A stretch of 60,415 nt of DNA, filler included, from Dugesia japonica (GCA_001938525.1; 6 parts of 6 records of this genome joined end to end with filler, not necessarily neighbours in it), one strand, 5' to 3'. Shown: positions 12,953 through 26,400, counted from the whole stretch's first letter. Translations and numbers: made by a program. Notes: generated by a model from the sequence alone, not told the origin.

Positions 12953-13898
12953 CTGATAAAAAAATGAGCAGGTTTTTAATAATGGATGACTAACGCGCAT
13001 CTATAGATGACAACAAATGAGAACAAATTTCTTTCTACGTGAAAAAAGTTTATGTCCTAACGCTAACGAAAACTATATATATGTATATAATTTTAAACAT
13101 AAACCCATGCACAAATTTATACATGTAGTTCTTGACTTCCGTGATTAATTCTATTAAAGTTTTCATGATTCATAAAAATAGACGAACCGAATGAAACTTA
13201 AAATCATGCAAATTTGTAAATAATGTCTTTTTTCAAAAGAAAAATTAGCAATAAATGAACTTACATTTATTTGAGAAAATGCATTATAATCTCTACGAAT
13301 ATGCATTTCAATAGAAGTTACTTCTTAAAATATTGGTTCAGTGTTGACTGTTTTTTTTTACTCTTTCTTTTCTTTGTAAATAGTAATTACAATCAATAGT
13401 GAAAAAGCATTATTTATTGTTTTTAAATTTTTTCAAATCGTTTTGGATCACGATCTGAAATTTACAAATCAACAACTCCATTGGAAATTATATTTACATA
13501 TTTACCTATTTTAGTTTCAATTGCTTTGACTATTCATTTACTTTTTGTTTTTATATTAAAAGATTTTCATGTTCCATAAAGAATTTGTATTCATTTCTGT
13601 AGAGTAATTGCTGATTTAATTGATAAAATCCACTTCTTTAAGATTTGCGTTTTATTTCAGGTATTTTTGGCTAAATCACTAATAACACTGTCACATACAA
13701 GTAACATACTATACTGAAATAGATAGATAAGAGCGCACTGGAGCAAAGCACCTCCTCGCCAGCCAATCAGATCTAGATTAGCGCTTATAAAACAAATGTG
13801 TTGTTTCAGAAATTTATATGGTACACACAGTTTATTGTGTAATTGATTTGTGCCAATGATGTAATAAATAAAATACTATGCGATAATTATATAATCAT

Positions 13899-16216
13899 TA
13901 GGGCCCACATTTTACCACAGCAAAATTTTTATTAAATTCCGCAGCACACTGCAGATGACGTAATGTGCTAGTTTACGCAATAAATTATTATTAATAATTT
14001 CACATTTAAATATAATTAAATGCAAAAAAACTCAAGTCAATTTAAATGGAAAAAATTTTGCAATAATTATTTATTAAAGTAAATTGCATTGTAGGCTCTT
14101 AGGTTTTGCTGTGACAGAAAATACCTTAATGGCGACACTACCGATCCATATTTCGAGAATGAACGGTCAATATCAACAGAAGAGATCGGCAACGCTATTT
14201 ATAGTTTAGCAAGATTTACTAAGTGAGGCAATCTGTGCTCTAAAACACGCCAAAATCATTGATATTAGCATGGATGACTTCACGAGTTGCTATATCTAAA
14301 TAAGCTTGCCATTCATCCGCTACATCTATCATTTCCGGAACTAATTGTACATATTCTGCAAAATTCTTTGATAAGAGTGGTAGTTGTCCTGGATCAAATA
14401 TTCTAACAAATCTAAATAAATTTATTGTTGGCTGTTTGGTTTTATACACATATTATGTAAGTTTAGTAGCAGCATTGTGCATTGCATCTTCACAGCTGCT
14501 GGTTGCAAGGGGAAATTTTCGGTAATTCAGAAAAGACAGTCAGACACTTGGTTGAAAACATCGACAGCCATGAATGACTTTGTCTCAAAAGAAGTTAGAT
14601 AGCTCAAAATTGGCTGCCAGTGAACACATACAAATTCAAGTTCAGCTCTCAGCTCTTTCAATGTATCAGTGCTTTGCAGCAACGCTGACAGCTTATTTAA
14701 CTGTATTGTAGCTTCACTGTGTTTGATTTCAGTAGCAACGAATGATATATAAAGGTCAAAGTATTAAGCGTGTTACTTCACGGCCTCGAACCAAGAGTAA
14801 TCTTGTGATTACTGGAATCAGTGGCATCATTGCCTTTTCGACATTCATTTGTCGCTGATTATGAAGATATCTAGCACGGCGTCTTGGTGCTTCGCCGATG
14901 ATGGCCTTGACAGCAGCAGCCATCATATCAGAAATTTCAAGTGCTTCACAAAACTTTTCTCCAACTAATGACAAAATATGGGGCCAACATGTTATATAAA
15001 TGGCATTTGGCAATATTCCTCGCAAATGGTGCTGAAAACATTTTTCTATATAAGCTGCATTATCCGTGACAAATTCAACAACATCATTGAAGTTCACATT
15101 CACCTCAATTATAGTTCGAATAACTACCTGTGCTATGCTGTTACTGTTCATTTCTGTTAAGAAATCTGTATTAACTAACATTGCTATGCATTCTTCTGGT
15201 TTAAGAGCATTGGGTGGTTTAAAAAGCATCAACAACATCAGTTGTTTCATCAGCTTTATTCGCCACTTTCTGTACGGCTAATTTTGATATTATATTATCG
15301 TGATTTTGTTTGTATATTCTTGGAACATATAATTCCCTAAGCTTATTTGCTTGCGCTATTCTATCAATGCCCTTTACGTTATTCTGTATGAAACTACGCA
15401 ATATAGGGTTTTCTAGTTGTTGTACATACAATATTGGCTGTCATAAATGCTTCAACCAATTCCATAACTAAAATATCTTTAACAGCAGTTGCATGGCTTT
15501 ATCTTTCAATAAATATTGTGATAGTACTTTGTCGTTTGGTGTTTGTAGATTCATTCATGTGATCGTGCTGTCTTTTGTTTGCACGCCCTCTATGCTTTTT
15601 TGTCCCCAGATGATCAGTGATAGTCAGACGTCTAATATAATCAACTTATTTATTGCAGNTCTTACACCACAGTAAACCATCATCGGTGTAGAATTTATCC
15701 TGTCCAAATTCTTTAACTCGCTGGACCGGACCAATATTCACTGCAGTTTTATTGAGTTGCTTGTTCATTGCCATACTGAAGAATTAATATTAAAAATGTA
15801 TAATAATTTATTTTAACAATTATACCGTAAACAATTTCAACAATTAACCACTTTTAATATATATTATATTTCAAAATTAGAAGTTTATTAAATCAGAAAC
15901 TTTCAAAAATTTACAAAATATTACAAAATATAAATTGAATATTATTAAAAAATTACTTTCATGAAATATTGATAACAATGAGACTTACATAATTAATAAT
16001 TACAACTAGAAATTGATATTTAATGATTAAATAGAAATTTCAGAACTAAAACTAAAACAATATTTTAATTTTTATATGATCAGTGATCACTAAATTTATT
16101 ACACGAATTACATAATTAAAAGGTTGAATTACACAATTCCGCAGCGTGGTTGTAAAATCAGCAAATTCCGCGGCGTGGTGCGAATTTCTGAGCGCCGCGG
16201 TAAATCGTAGGCCGTA
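13899..16216 (-). mobile_element. Full-length but degenerate hAT DNA transposon with a CGGBP1-like transposase
   Basis: TIRs TAGGGCCCACATTTTACCAC and (reverse complement) TACGGCCTACGATTTACCGC; 8-bp TSD ATAATCAT/GTAATCAT. The ATG at 15774 starts ...RVKEFGQDKFYTDDGLLWCK.CN..VDYIRR..ITDHLGTKKH (CGGBP1-type zinc finger). Later motifs: DETTD, FVTDNAAY, ITCWPH.L.LV and PISSVDIDRSFS. Confidence 0.9.
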
Positions 16217-16359
16217 GTAATCATTGCTTTATTATCAGATATTCATTTTTCCGTTGAAATTAGTGAAATTAATAATTTTTCTTTAAATTGACAGATATTT
16301 TTTAATATTTTGTTTAAATTTAGAAAAATCAAATTTTTAATTCAAATTTAACTTTTAGG

Positions 16360-18180
16360 TTCATTAGTTGCCTGTACAGTTTTACATTTACTACTTGTGA
16401 TTATTTTGTGTTTTGTTAGATGTGTGCGTCTTACATCCTTTTTATCTGCCATTAAAACATCTTTATTTCCTGCTATTTTCACTAACCGTTGATCCTATTT
16501 AATCATAAGAGTATTTAAGGCTCTTGTCAATCACTCATCCTTTTTAATTTGTTTTCCAAATTTTACTTCAATACTACAAATGTAATTTTAAAATTTTCAT
16601 CCATTTTACTTTATACTTTTTACATAAGCTGGTATCCAAAGGTCTTCCACATATCTTTTCCGCCAATTTGATCTGGTGTAACTGTTTCTGAAACCACGAA
16701 AGTAACCTCTTCGTAAACTTTATCAATTGTCACTTTAGTTCTAATTTTTCAAACAATCGCAAGTGTATAGGCGTAAGCACAATTCAATCTATCGTCACTC
16801 ATTTTTAATGTATTTCTCGTAATTTGTTAAGAAAATTCAAACTCAACCTTGATTCAAACCAATGTGTAAACTTTATTTCTTTAAATTGATACTGTAACAC
16901 TTTGTCTGCCTTGAAATTTTTTGTACAAAATATTTTTTCTCCATTCTGCTTTAATTGTTCCAAGCCATTTTATTTTTCAATCATCCCCAAAGTTTTCCCT
17001 TTTTAAAAACCTGAATTCTTTTTCTTAAACTTTCCCAATATCATTCTACTTTTCGACTTCTTGATGATCCTTTACCAAATCCTTTACTTAGTCTTGTCTT
17101 TTGAGTATTGCATTTCTGAATAACTTTTATATACTTCATCATACCTATTTACATTACTGTATTGACATGTATTTGAAATCCAAAAGTCACAAATTGTTTA
17201 GTTGTTCTTTTCATTTTCAAACTGGTGTACCACTCNTCTGTCATACACCTACCATTTCTATATCGTTTGCATCTCACCTTTTGAGATAATATTTTAATGC
17301 AAACCACCTTTCCACAACCAAAGCATTTTGTTGGTTCTTTTATCTGAACAAGCTTGACTTATTTGTTCTTTTTATGACAACAATTTGCTTTAGTGTGAGC
17401 AATCTTATGGCATAAACAGCATTTGATATTTTGTTGTTTTTCCTTTGATTTACGTGTTTCTGATAATTTCGACTAATAACTCTGGCGTAATATCTAAATG
17501 CATCAACTTGATCTCCGTTTTTCTCTATTCGATTTATTAACATCACTGTTTCTTCAATTTCTTCAATATTTTGTCGTTTCTGAAAAAATCAATTCTTCAA
17601 ATTATCTTTTATCTGAAAAATATACTAGAATATATGCTATCAATTTTTTCTCTGTAAAATCTTTATTTATAAATAATCTTTTCACTACTTCCTTTACATT
17701 CTTAAAATAAATTTAAATTTCCTCATTTCCACGCCTGTAGTTAATCAAATTTTGGAAATCTTTAACAAAATATTTTTCTTTCTCAAATGTCAAACATAAA
17801 AGAGCCTGAAAGCCTTCAAAGTTGTTCAACGTCTCCACATATTCTTCCAATGGTAATTAAACAAGCAAGAAATAAATCTTTCCTGTTGTTTCTTCTGTGT
17901 AATGCATCCGGCAAACCCAGCTTAATGCGAAGACAGTCGCGATCAAAGGTCAGCATAGACCTTTATTATGTCCATCATCATGCAACTGGATTGGAATAGC
18001 GCCAAGTCTCGTTCCTTTTACTTTGTGTTTCGATTTCGTAAATTCGTGATCTTCTACTGTAGCTCTGCGATCTTGTTCTGCAATTATTTCGTAAGGAGCA
18101 CCACACTTTCTTCAGTTCTGCCATTGATATGGTATCTTTAGTTGTTAAGTTAGACATTAAAATATGATGACACATTATCA
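16360..18180 (-). mobile_element. Highly degenerate Ty3/gypsy 5' remnant (possible LTR/PBS, gag, protease, start of RT)
   Basis: Similar to 7780-8460 (GRTHLT.HKIITS, G.QSVTVSI). Gag knuckle CFGCGK.G is at ~17300; a TGGCGCT PBS-like sequence lies on the minus strand at ~18000. Confidence 0.7.
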
Positions 18181-19572
18181 ATAATCTCATGTTGTCGTGT
18201 TATTATTTAATCATAAGTCAATATTAAAGAATATTAATTTATTAGAAATGTATATTAAAGACTTTTCGACCGGACTAAGACAAAGTTAAAGACAACAGTG
18301 CGAAAAGTAAAACATTAAGCTAAAATGTGATGATCACATAACACGCAAGTAGTTTCACACATCTCTCACCGATTTAGTAAATTCGTAATACAGAGGAATG
18401 AGAATCAGTTTTGTAGAACCGTTTCCATTCTTGCTGTCAATCTTTCTGTTTGTTTCTGGAACTCCTCGACTTCTTTCTAGACTGATCTCATATAACTGGT
18501 TAAATGATTCTGCTGTCTCGGGAGCTCTGTTGTTTGAATGACGAAGTTCACTAGTTCTCCCTCTCTATCTCAATCCTTAGAATTTATGCTTCAGTGGTCT
18601 ACGTGTCGTGGATCTTCTTCTGTGCCTCGAGTAAATCTCGTAGTGTTCAAATTAAGCAAGCTTTCTAATGAATTCGATCCTGAGCGATTCACCACGGCTC
18701 AGAATCCGTTAAGTCGAGTCCTAAAGAGTTCCACAGATTTGGCATTTGATAGGTAGGATTAGAGTTAAACGACCAACATACCTCTTAAAAAATTTCTCAG
18801 CGCCCGCACGTATTATTTTTTTTGACATCTGCATATAACAATGGTTAATCATTGTTAGACGAATCTGGAACATTCATCTTTGAATTTGAAAAATTAACAC
18901 TTTTCATTCCAAGATTTATTCGAACACAAAAACACCAACTACAAATTAATTTTTTAAAACAAATTTTAAAACAACCTAAACATTTTTATTTAATTCTGAC
19001 AAAAGGTAATTAAAAAATTCAGACAATAAATTTTAGAAAATTATCATTTTTTAAAATTTTATAATTAAACCCATAATATTTTTATTTAAATTTTTGAAAA
19101 ATTTTATTCAAAAAATTTTTTAATACAAATTAAATTATTTAAAAGTTTATTTGAAAATTATTCCAAAAATTATTTATTTAAATTTTAAAATTAATGCAAA
19201 TTTATAAAGAACTAACTCATTAATTTAAAATTAATTATTAATACTTAATGACGAATAAAGTGGNNNNNNNNNNNNNNNNNNNNNNNNNNNNNNNNNNNNN
19301 NNNNNNNNNNNNNNNNNNNNNNNNNNNNNNNNNNNNNNNNNNNNNNNNNNNNNNNNNNNNNNNNNNNNNNNNNNNNNNNNNNNNNNNNNNNNNNNNNNNN
19401 NNNNNNNNNNNNNNNNNNNNNNNNNNNNNNNNNNNNNNNNNNNNNNNNNNNNNNNNNNNNNNNNNNNNNNNNNNNNNNNNNNNNNNNNNNNNNNNNNNNN
19501 NNNNNNNNNNNNNNNNNNNNNNNNNNNNTGTATTTAAAAAAAATAATTTCCTATAATTTGAATAATTTCAAT

Positions 19573-19713
19573 TCAAGGTAAAACAAGAATATCATCATCA
19601 TCTGGATCCAGGTCATTAATAGTTAAATTATTATTGTTACTGTTCGAAGATAATGTGAATCTTTGATATCTCAGATTTTCAGTTTTAGGTCTGCACACAT
19701 AATCAACGCAATT
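19573..19713 (-). CDS. Candidate terminal exon: cytoplasmic tail of a sorting-receptor-like membrane protein (CD-M6PR-like)
   Basis: ttatctttag|NCVDYVCRPKTENLRYQRFTLSSNSNNNNLTINDLDPDDDDILVLP* (141 nt including the stop). It resembles the CDFVCR...acidic-cluster dileucine tail and has a YxxF motif. No upstream exon was found. Confidence 0.4.
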   Translation of the reverse strand, partial: NCVDYVCRPKTENLRYQRFTLSSNSNNNNLTINDLDPDDDDILVLP

Positions 19714-20549
19714 CTAAAGATAATAGAAACCATTGAATAAAATTAACCTTTGATGTATAGATAGATGAGTATTAATTTTACAAAGAAAATATTCATCACG
19801 TGATGATAAACATGTATTTGACGAGATTTAATAAAATTATTATCATATTTATTGATAGATTATTAAGAAAATAGATTAAAACCAAAATTCTCAATTAATT
19901 AATCACGTTCAATGGCAAAATTAAAAATAAAATTATTCTTTTTACAATTCTATATATTTTTCATAATCATTCTAAATAATCTGTTAACTGTTTTTCTGAA
20001 ATGAAATATTTACATATATAATTTTATATATATATATATAATTATTATCCGTATTTATAATCACATGAATTAACAATTCCAATAATTTATTATAAATTAC
20101 AAGCATTTTGTATTTGATATTGTATTCTATTTAATATCGGAAATGAGTTGATCTGATATGTAAAAACTTAAATAAGAATTATGAATAAAATTGATAAATT
20201 TATATATTTTCAAAAATAAGAAAATAAACTAAGGCTTATATCAAAAAAATATTTTCTTAAATCTCAAAGTCATTTTTGATCTTAGTTTATTTTCTTAATT
20301 TTGAAAATAATTAATTTTATCATTCAGAAATCAATGGTTAAAAATTTTTAAAAAAGTGGATAATTAACCAAATGGTAAATTTCACAATAAACAAAAAAAA
20401 AGCAGATGGAGTCCAAGAATAAACAAATATAGGCAAGCTTCTGAAATTTAAGACTCAATTTAGGATTTTTTTCTATTTGAATTCTTTGATTCAAGTGTCA
20501 ATTTATTCTGTAATTACAATGTTTCATCTTATATTTTTCCATTTAATAT

Positions 20550-20705
20550 ATTCTAAATTCATTAAAATAAAAGCTTTGATCAAAATTTTATTATTATAAA
20601 AAACTAAAAAAAAAATTTTGATCGGTTTTATTTTAATGAATTCTAAAAAACGATCAATGGTTAAATCCAAAAATTATTATCGCAATAACTCTTGTAATTG
20701 TAAAA
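20550..20705. repeat. Inverted, hammerhead-less copies of the ~160-nt PLE tail repeat
   Basis: AATTCATTAAAATAAAAGCTTTGATCAAAATTT (minus copy) is followed by TTTTGATCGG...GAATTCTAAAAAACGATCAATGGTT...TCGCAATAA (plus copy). Confidence 0.75.
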
Positions 20706-22047
20706 TATTCTGAATTTCTTATATATTTCAAATATTTTTTTCAATTAAAATGTTTTTCATTCTATTTTTTCAATAAAAAAAAATATAAAATAATTCTACT
20801 TTTTCTATTGGATCGGATTGATATAATATTTAACAGAAAACTTTTTAATATTCCACTAAAAACCATATAATAACCATTCATTAAAATTAATATTTTCATA
20901 GATAATTTTTAATCATCAATTAATAATATACGTCATTTGATATTCGATAATCCAATGAATTGAGATAACTGTTCGTTTTCAATTTTATTGAATTTGTGAT
21001 TAACGAAATACAAATCTATTTTTAAGCATATCAATTCCAATTAATTAATGATGAAAAACTTATTTACGTTTGATATCACATGATATTAAAAAAATAATTA
21101 ATTATTTACCACTTTTAAAAAGCCATTCGTTATAAACTCATACAACTTAGTTATTCATTCAGTTATTTATTAATCAATAACAGAGTAGATGATAAATACG
21201 ATTGTTAACGAAGAACGATTAATTGAATGCATATTAATTAAATCCATCATGTGTGCTAAACATCCACATTGTATTAATAGTGACTAAATATTCAATATTT
21301 CAATTTCATTACTCAAGGTTGAATGGTAATTTCAATAATATTTTTATTAATTCTAATCACTCGAGTTCAATAATTTATTTACTAAAATCTAGTTAATATC
21401 AAAAGTTATAAAATTAATCGATAAATTATAGAATATTCTTTCTCGATAACTGTTGAAGATCTATAAATGAGATATTTCAATTTTTTTTTAAATTCGTGAT
21501 AATTTTTTTGTAATTTTAATTACAAGCAGCTGCTTATTATTTATTAAATACTAACTGAAATACCCGAGATATTTATCGAAAGTGAAAAAATAAAGTCTTA
21601 ACTGAATATCTTAACAATTTGAAATTTTTTTTATTTATTTTAAATGTTTTCATCATNNNNNNNNNNNNNNNNNNNNNNNNNNNNNNNNNNNNNNNNNNNN
21701 NNNNNNNNNNNNNNNNNNNNNNNNNNNNNNNNNNNNNNNNNNNNNNNNNNNNNNNNNNNNNNNNNNNNNNNNNNNNNNNNNNNNNNNNNNNNNNNNNNNN
21801 NNNNNNNNNNNNNNNNNNNNNNNNNNNNNNNNNNNNNNNNNNNNATTGATTAAAAGACAACTAAAGGTGCATTTCGTGTTGATTTCTCCATTATTTCTCC
21901 ACTCTTCAAAGTTTTTTATGCAGCAAATCAAAAAATACCGAAATCTCATTTAATATGTAAGAGACGCACATGTAAATATTATTACATAGACTGCAGTCCA
22001 ACGAAAATGAATATAGAAAAAACTTATTTATAGTATCAGAAATTATN

Positions 22048-22146
22048 NNNNNNNNNNNNNNNNNNNNNNNNNNNNNNNNNNNNNNNNNNNTTAATTAATT
22101 AANNNNNNNNNNNNNNNNNNNNNNNNNNNNNNNNNNNNNNNNNNNN
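22048..22146. other. Artificial contig-join spacer
   Basis: TTAATTAATTAA at 22091-22102 inside an N run. Confidence 0.95.
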
Positions 22147-22899
22147 TGCTATCAATTCTCACAATAATTGTAATTTGAATTTGAATTTGGTTAGTATTTA
22201 AGCTTTTATCAATAGAAAAAATTGAACAATCATTCTTGATGAAGACTGTCAAAGTATTGAACAATCTAATAAAATAGAAAAATATTATTTTGACGTTCCC
22301 AGTTTGAAAAACTTTATTTCATTTTAAACAGTATTTCAAGTACACATAGAAAGAACTTGTAAATCGATAGAGCCAGTAACAACGTTTTATAGAAAGAAGA
22401 ATGTATTAAATAAATGTAAAAAGTTTAATATTAATTAACACAAATATTAAAATGTTTTTTTTACTTGTTAATCATTTATCTGCATTTATTTTATTATTTT
22501 TTTAGAAAATAATATAATATTATATTCACCGGTAGATTAAATCAATAAAAATAAATTATTAATGTTAGAAAATAATATTAAAAAATATAAAAATGAAATA
22601 TGATTAAGGTTAAGAAAGATATACGTACATTATTAATTATTGTTAAATTTAGTTGTGTGGAGTTAAATACACGACTATGTTTGAAATGGTTACATGACAA
22701 TTTGACACATGAAAAATCGACAACCGACAAATCAACACACGGAAAAATCGGCACAAAGACAAATCGACACATAACTTTTATAATTTATAAATTTTTAAAA
22801 TTTTTCATTATTTTTAATAACTTTTACTGGTAATAAGTCATTTGGTATAATTTTTAATAATAAATNTTTTTGGCTATAATTTTCATTTTGTCAGAGTTC

Positions 22900-23600
22900 G
22901 ATTAGGAAGATAAATAATTTTGCCAACACTAAAAAATAATATTTGAGTGGCTGCCGGCTTGGTAACAATCGATCCATTTAGTAGACTATGTCGAACAACG
23001 TCACGAAATTCTGATTTGTAAAAATCATAACATTCTTTCAAATTTTCTCGCCTTTGTTGGTTTTATTTTCTTCATTCACTAATCTTTGAAAAACCAAATA
23101 TTTTACTTTTGTGATGCACGCTAGCGTCATCAGCTCCATGTGCAGTTACATTGTTCCAAATTAATCCGTTCTCATTTAATACTCGACAGAGTTGATTGTT
23201 AATCAATCTTGAATCTTCGGAAGCATCTTCATAGAAATCTAATATTTTAAAACTTAAACCATTCTTTAGATAATAAAATTGAATGGCTACATGAAATATT
23301 TTTTTGCTAATCTGCATTGTAATTACACTTCCTTCTCTTTGTTGTGGAACCACTTTCTATATTTTAAACAAAACAGGGAAACAGCGCAAGTTTTTCACGT
23401 TTTATTGTTTTCTGTAATTTTTGACATTGAAAAAATATTTTACAAACTCTATCATTTTTTATCGAACATCTATGGAATACTCTTTGCGCATTTTAAAAGT
23501 TCTCTGAACGTAAAAAAATCCGAATTTCAAATCTTGATTAAAAAAAATACGAAACTTCTTTTTGAAGATTCTTGCTCGCACTGACGTGGAAAATAGGCCT
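22900..23600 (-). pseudogene. hAT-like DDE transposase fragment (cargo 1)
   Basis: KKIFHVAIQFY...GLSFKILDFYEDASEDS..I...L..VLNENGL.WNNVTAHGADDASV, and later ILRDVVRHSLLNGSIVTK (corresponding to the ..TRWL region). Confidence 0.7.
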
Positions 23601-23960
23601 AACTTCATTTTACTATTCATCCCTTGTTTGCTTATTGGGAACTAATGTACGATTTCTAATATTTAATAGATGATATTATTTGACATTTAAAAAATGGTTG
23701 TGATTTAATGAATTTGAAATTTTAAAATGTTTAGAGATTAACGTTATTCGTTAACAATGAGATTATTGATAATATGTAATAATAAATAAATACAAAATAC
23801 ATTTTTAACAACTAAATACACCGAAATATAATTATTTTTATATTCTAGTAAACATTAAAAGCAAGACTTGAAAATAAGGAATAAAATAAATAAATTTTNT
23901 ATACCAGAAGTAAGTAAGTTGAAATTAGTATGATTTGATAAATTTAATTTATGTACATAA

Positions 23961-25510
23961 ATGTTAAGTTACCAAAACAATAATTATAGTTATTTTAATA
24001 TTTATATTATTTTACCATTAACCCATTCCCAAATATCAAAATGGTTTGATTTCAAAAATGTTTGGGATCATTATGAAAAAAAATTAAATACAGATACAGC
24101 AACATGTAAGATCTGTAAAAAAGAATTGCAACGCAAAGCATCTTCTACATCGGTCTTGCACAGACATTTACAAATAATACATAATATGAAACGAAAGGTT
24201 GAAACTTTGGTAGATGATAGTGGAAAAACATAACGAATAAAAAATTTAAATAATTAATTCAATGCTAAATCAAACAAAAATTATAGTTCCCTTGGAGACA
24301 TTGTTGCAGAAATAGTCGCTAAAGACGGTTATACAATAAGTTCAATATGCAAAANNNNNNNNNNNNNNNNNNNNNNNNNNNNNNNNNNNNNNNNNNNNNN
24401 NNNNNNNNNNNNNNNNNNNNNNNNNNNNNNNNNNNNNNNNNNNNNNNNNNNNNNNNNNNNNNNNNNNNNNNNNNNNNNNNNNNNNNNNNNNNNNNNNNNN
24501 NNNNNNNNNNNNNNNNNNNNNNNNNNNNNNNNNNNNNNNNNNNNNNNNNNNNNNNNNNNNNNNNNNNNNNNNNNNNNNNNNNNNNNNNNNNNNNNNNNNN
24601 NNNNNNNNNNNNNNNNNNNNNNNNNNNNNNNNNNNNNNNNNNNNNNNNNNNNNNNNNNNNNNNNTTAATTGAATTCAATTTAAAATCAAATACGGATATT
24701 GTTTTTGTTACTTCTGATGGAGCAACTGTTATTGTTAAATTTTGAAAGCTGGTTCCTTGGTTGCAACAGCTGTGTTATAACCACGCTATTCATTTACCTG
24801 TAATGTAATTTAGTATTCACGAACAAGTCGAAATAAGTAAATTTCAATCCAACTCGTTTTATGATGAGTNNNNNNNNNNNNNNNNNNNNNNNNNNNNNNN
24901 NNNNNNNNNNNNNNNNNNNGGTAATGGATCTTGTATACGATTATGATAAAAAAAATAAAAGATAATCTAATAATAAAGATTAATAAAATGAAGTAAGAAA
25001 ACAGAAAATTCAATTTATTCATTGACGAATGGACTAGTTTGCGTAACACACGTTTTACGAATTTACAGTTATATTACAATTAACCTGAAAAATCTGATAA
25101 TTTAGGATTGATACGAATTAATGGCTCTTGCCCAGCAGGAAAAAACTGTTGAACTAGTTGAATCAAAGTTAATTGAATTCAATTTAAAATCAAATACGGA
25201 TATTGTTTTTGTTACTTCTGACGGAGCAACTGTTATGGTTACATTTTGAAAGCTGGTTCCTTGTTTGCAACAGCTGTGTTATAACCACACTATCCATTTA
25301 GCTGTAATGTAATTTAGTAATCACGAACAAGTCGAAATAAGTAAATTTCAATCCAACTCGTTTTATGATGAGTGCGTTGGTGACGATTAAGAGGAAAATT
25401 ATAATTTAGATACAGTCAATACGGATAGTGAGTATGAATGTATCCCAGACAATAATTATATTATGGAAGGTCAAATTGCTTCGGTAGTAAAAAATATTAG
25501 GAAAATTGTA
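23961..25510 (+). pseudogene. BED-finger hAT (hATm-like) transposase fragment (cargo 2)
   Basis: BED finger VWDHYEKK..TDTATCKICKKELQRKASSTSVLHRHLQIIH. Further motifs FNLFIDEWTS, NLGLIRINGSCPA, DIVFVTSDGATVM and QQLCYNH.IHLAV. Contains stops and frameshifts. Confidence 0.85.
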
Positions 25511-26261
25511 TAGTATATAGTCAATTGAGTGATTTTGACAGTGATTTTTACATTTTGAATTTTAATAGTAATGGTTAATTTGGGGTATGAGAGAAGTCTA
25601 CTACAGCATAATATTGGTGAATTAGGTATGAGAGGGTATGTTTTTTAATTTTAAATACAAATAATTCTTACTGTATAAAATTCAATAATTTCTCAAGTTA
25701 ATCAATATCCCTAAATGTCACAACGAAATTTCAAAAAAACAACGCAGCACAAAATTATTTCCAGGATAAATTAATTTATTTCTATGTTTAGTAATTATTT
25801 TATTATAATTTATTAATTAATATTATTATTATTTTTATTTTTCTTTTTTTAACTAGAGGGAATAATTTCCAAGGGGAAAATATCTCTGCACTAAATTTTA
25901 CCAAACAAATTCATTATTAAAAGTTATACCATAAAATTCAGTATTAAAAATTATACCAAAAAATTTATTATTAAAAATTATACCAAAAAATTTATTATTA
26001 AAAATTATACCAAAAAATTCATTATTAAAAATTATACCAAATGACTTATTACCAGTAAAAGTTATTAAAAATAATGAAAATTTTTAAAAATTTATAAATT
26101 ATAAAAACTGTGTCGATTTGTCGTGTGTCGATTTTGTCTGGTCACCGTTTGAAATTCTGAAGATTTAATAAAATCTGAATAAGTGAAAGTATAATTCATA
26201 AAATTTTCAATAAAAAATGAAAAACAATTATTATAGGAAAAGAAAGAGAAAAGACGTATTA

Positions 26262-26400
26262 CTGTTGTGTTCAGAAAATATTGAGACTTTTAAATATTTA
26301 ATAATCCAAATTCTTTTTATCTTCTTCAAAGTCATCCCTTCCCATTACAACACACATTTTCAAACGTTGAATCCAATTGTCTATTCACTTTGTTTTCAAT
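26262..26400 (-). mobile_element. Mariner 3'-end remnant
   Basis: The minus frame NWIQRLKMCVVMGRDDFEE matches the mariner C-terminal W..R...C....G.YFE motif. Confidence 0.5.

Larger units (their letters stand above)
22688..26146. mobile_element. Mutator/MULE-like element, ~200-bp TIRs, 9-bp TSD, carrying hAT transposase fragments
   Basis: The TSD GTTTGAAAT is perfect at 22679-22687 and 26147-26155, with GG...CC termini. Subterminal (GACAAATCGACAC)n repeats occur at both ends, and 22770-22880 and ~26000-26105 are near-identical inverted blocks. Confidence 0.85.

Noticed and set aside
13735-13795. CCAAT plus TATAAAA promoter-like island
   Set aside because: No downstream gene is identifiable; it is likely a transposon subterminal relic.
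19248-21949. ORF-track entries consisting mostly of X, and similar ones across other gaps and microsatellites
   Set aside because: They are artefacts of translating N runs and simple repeats.
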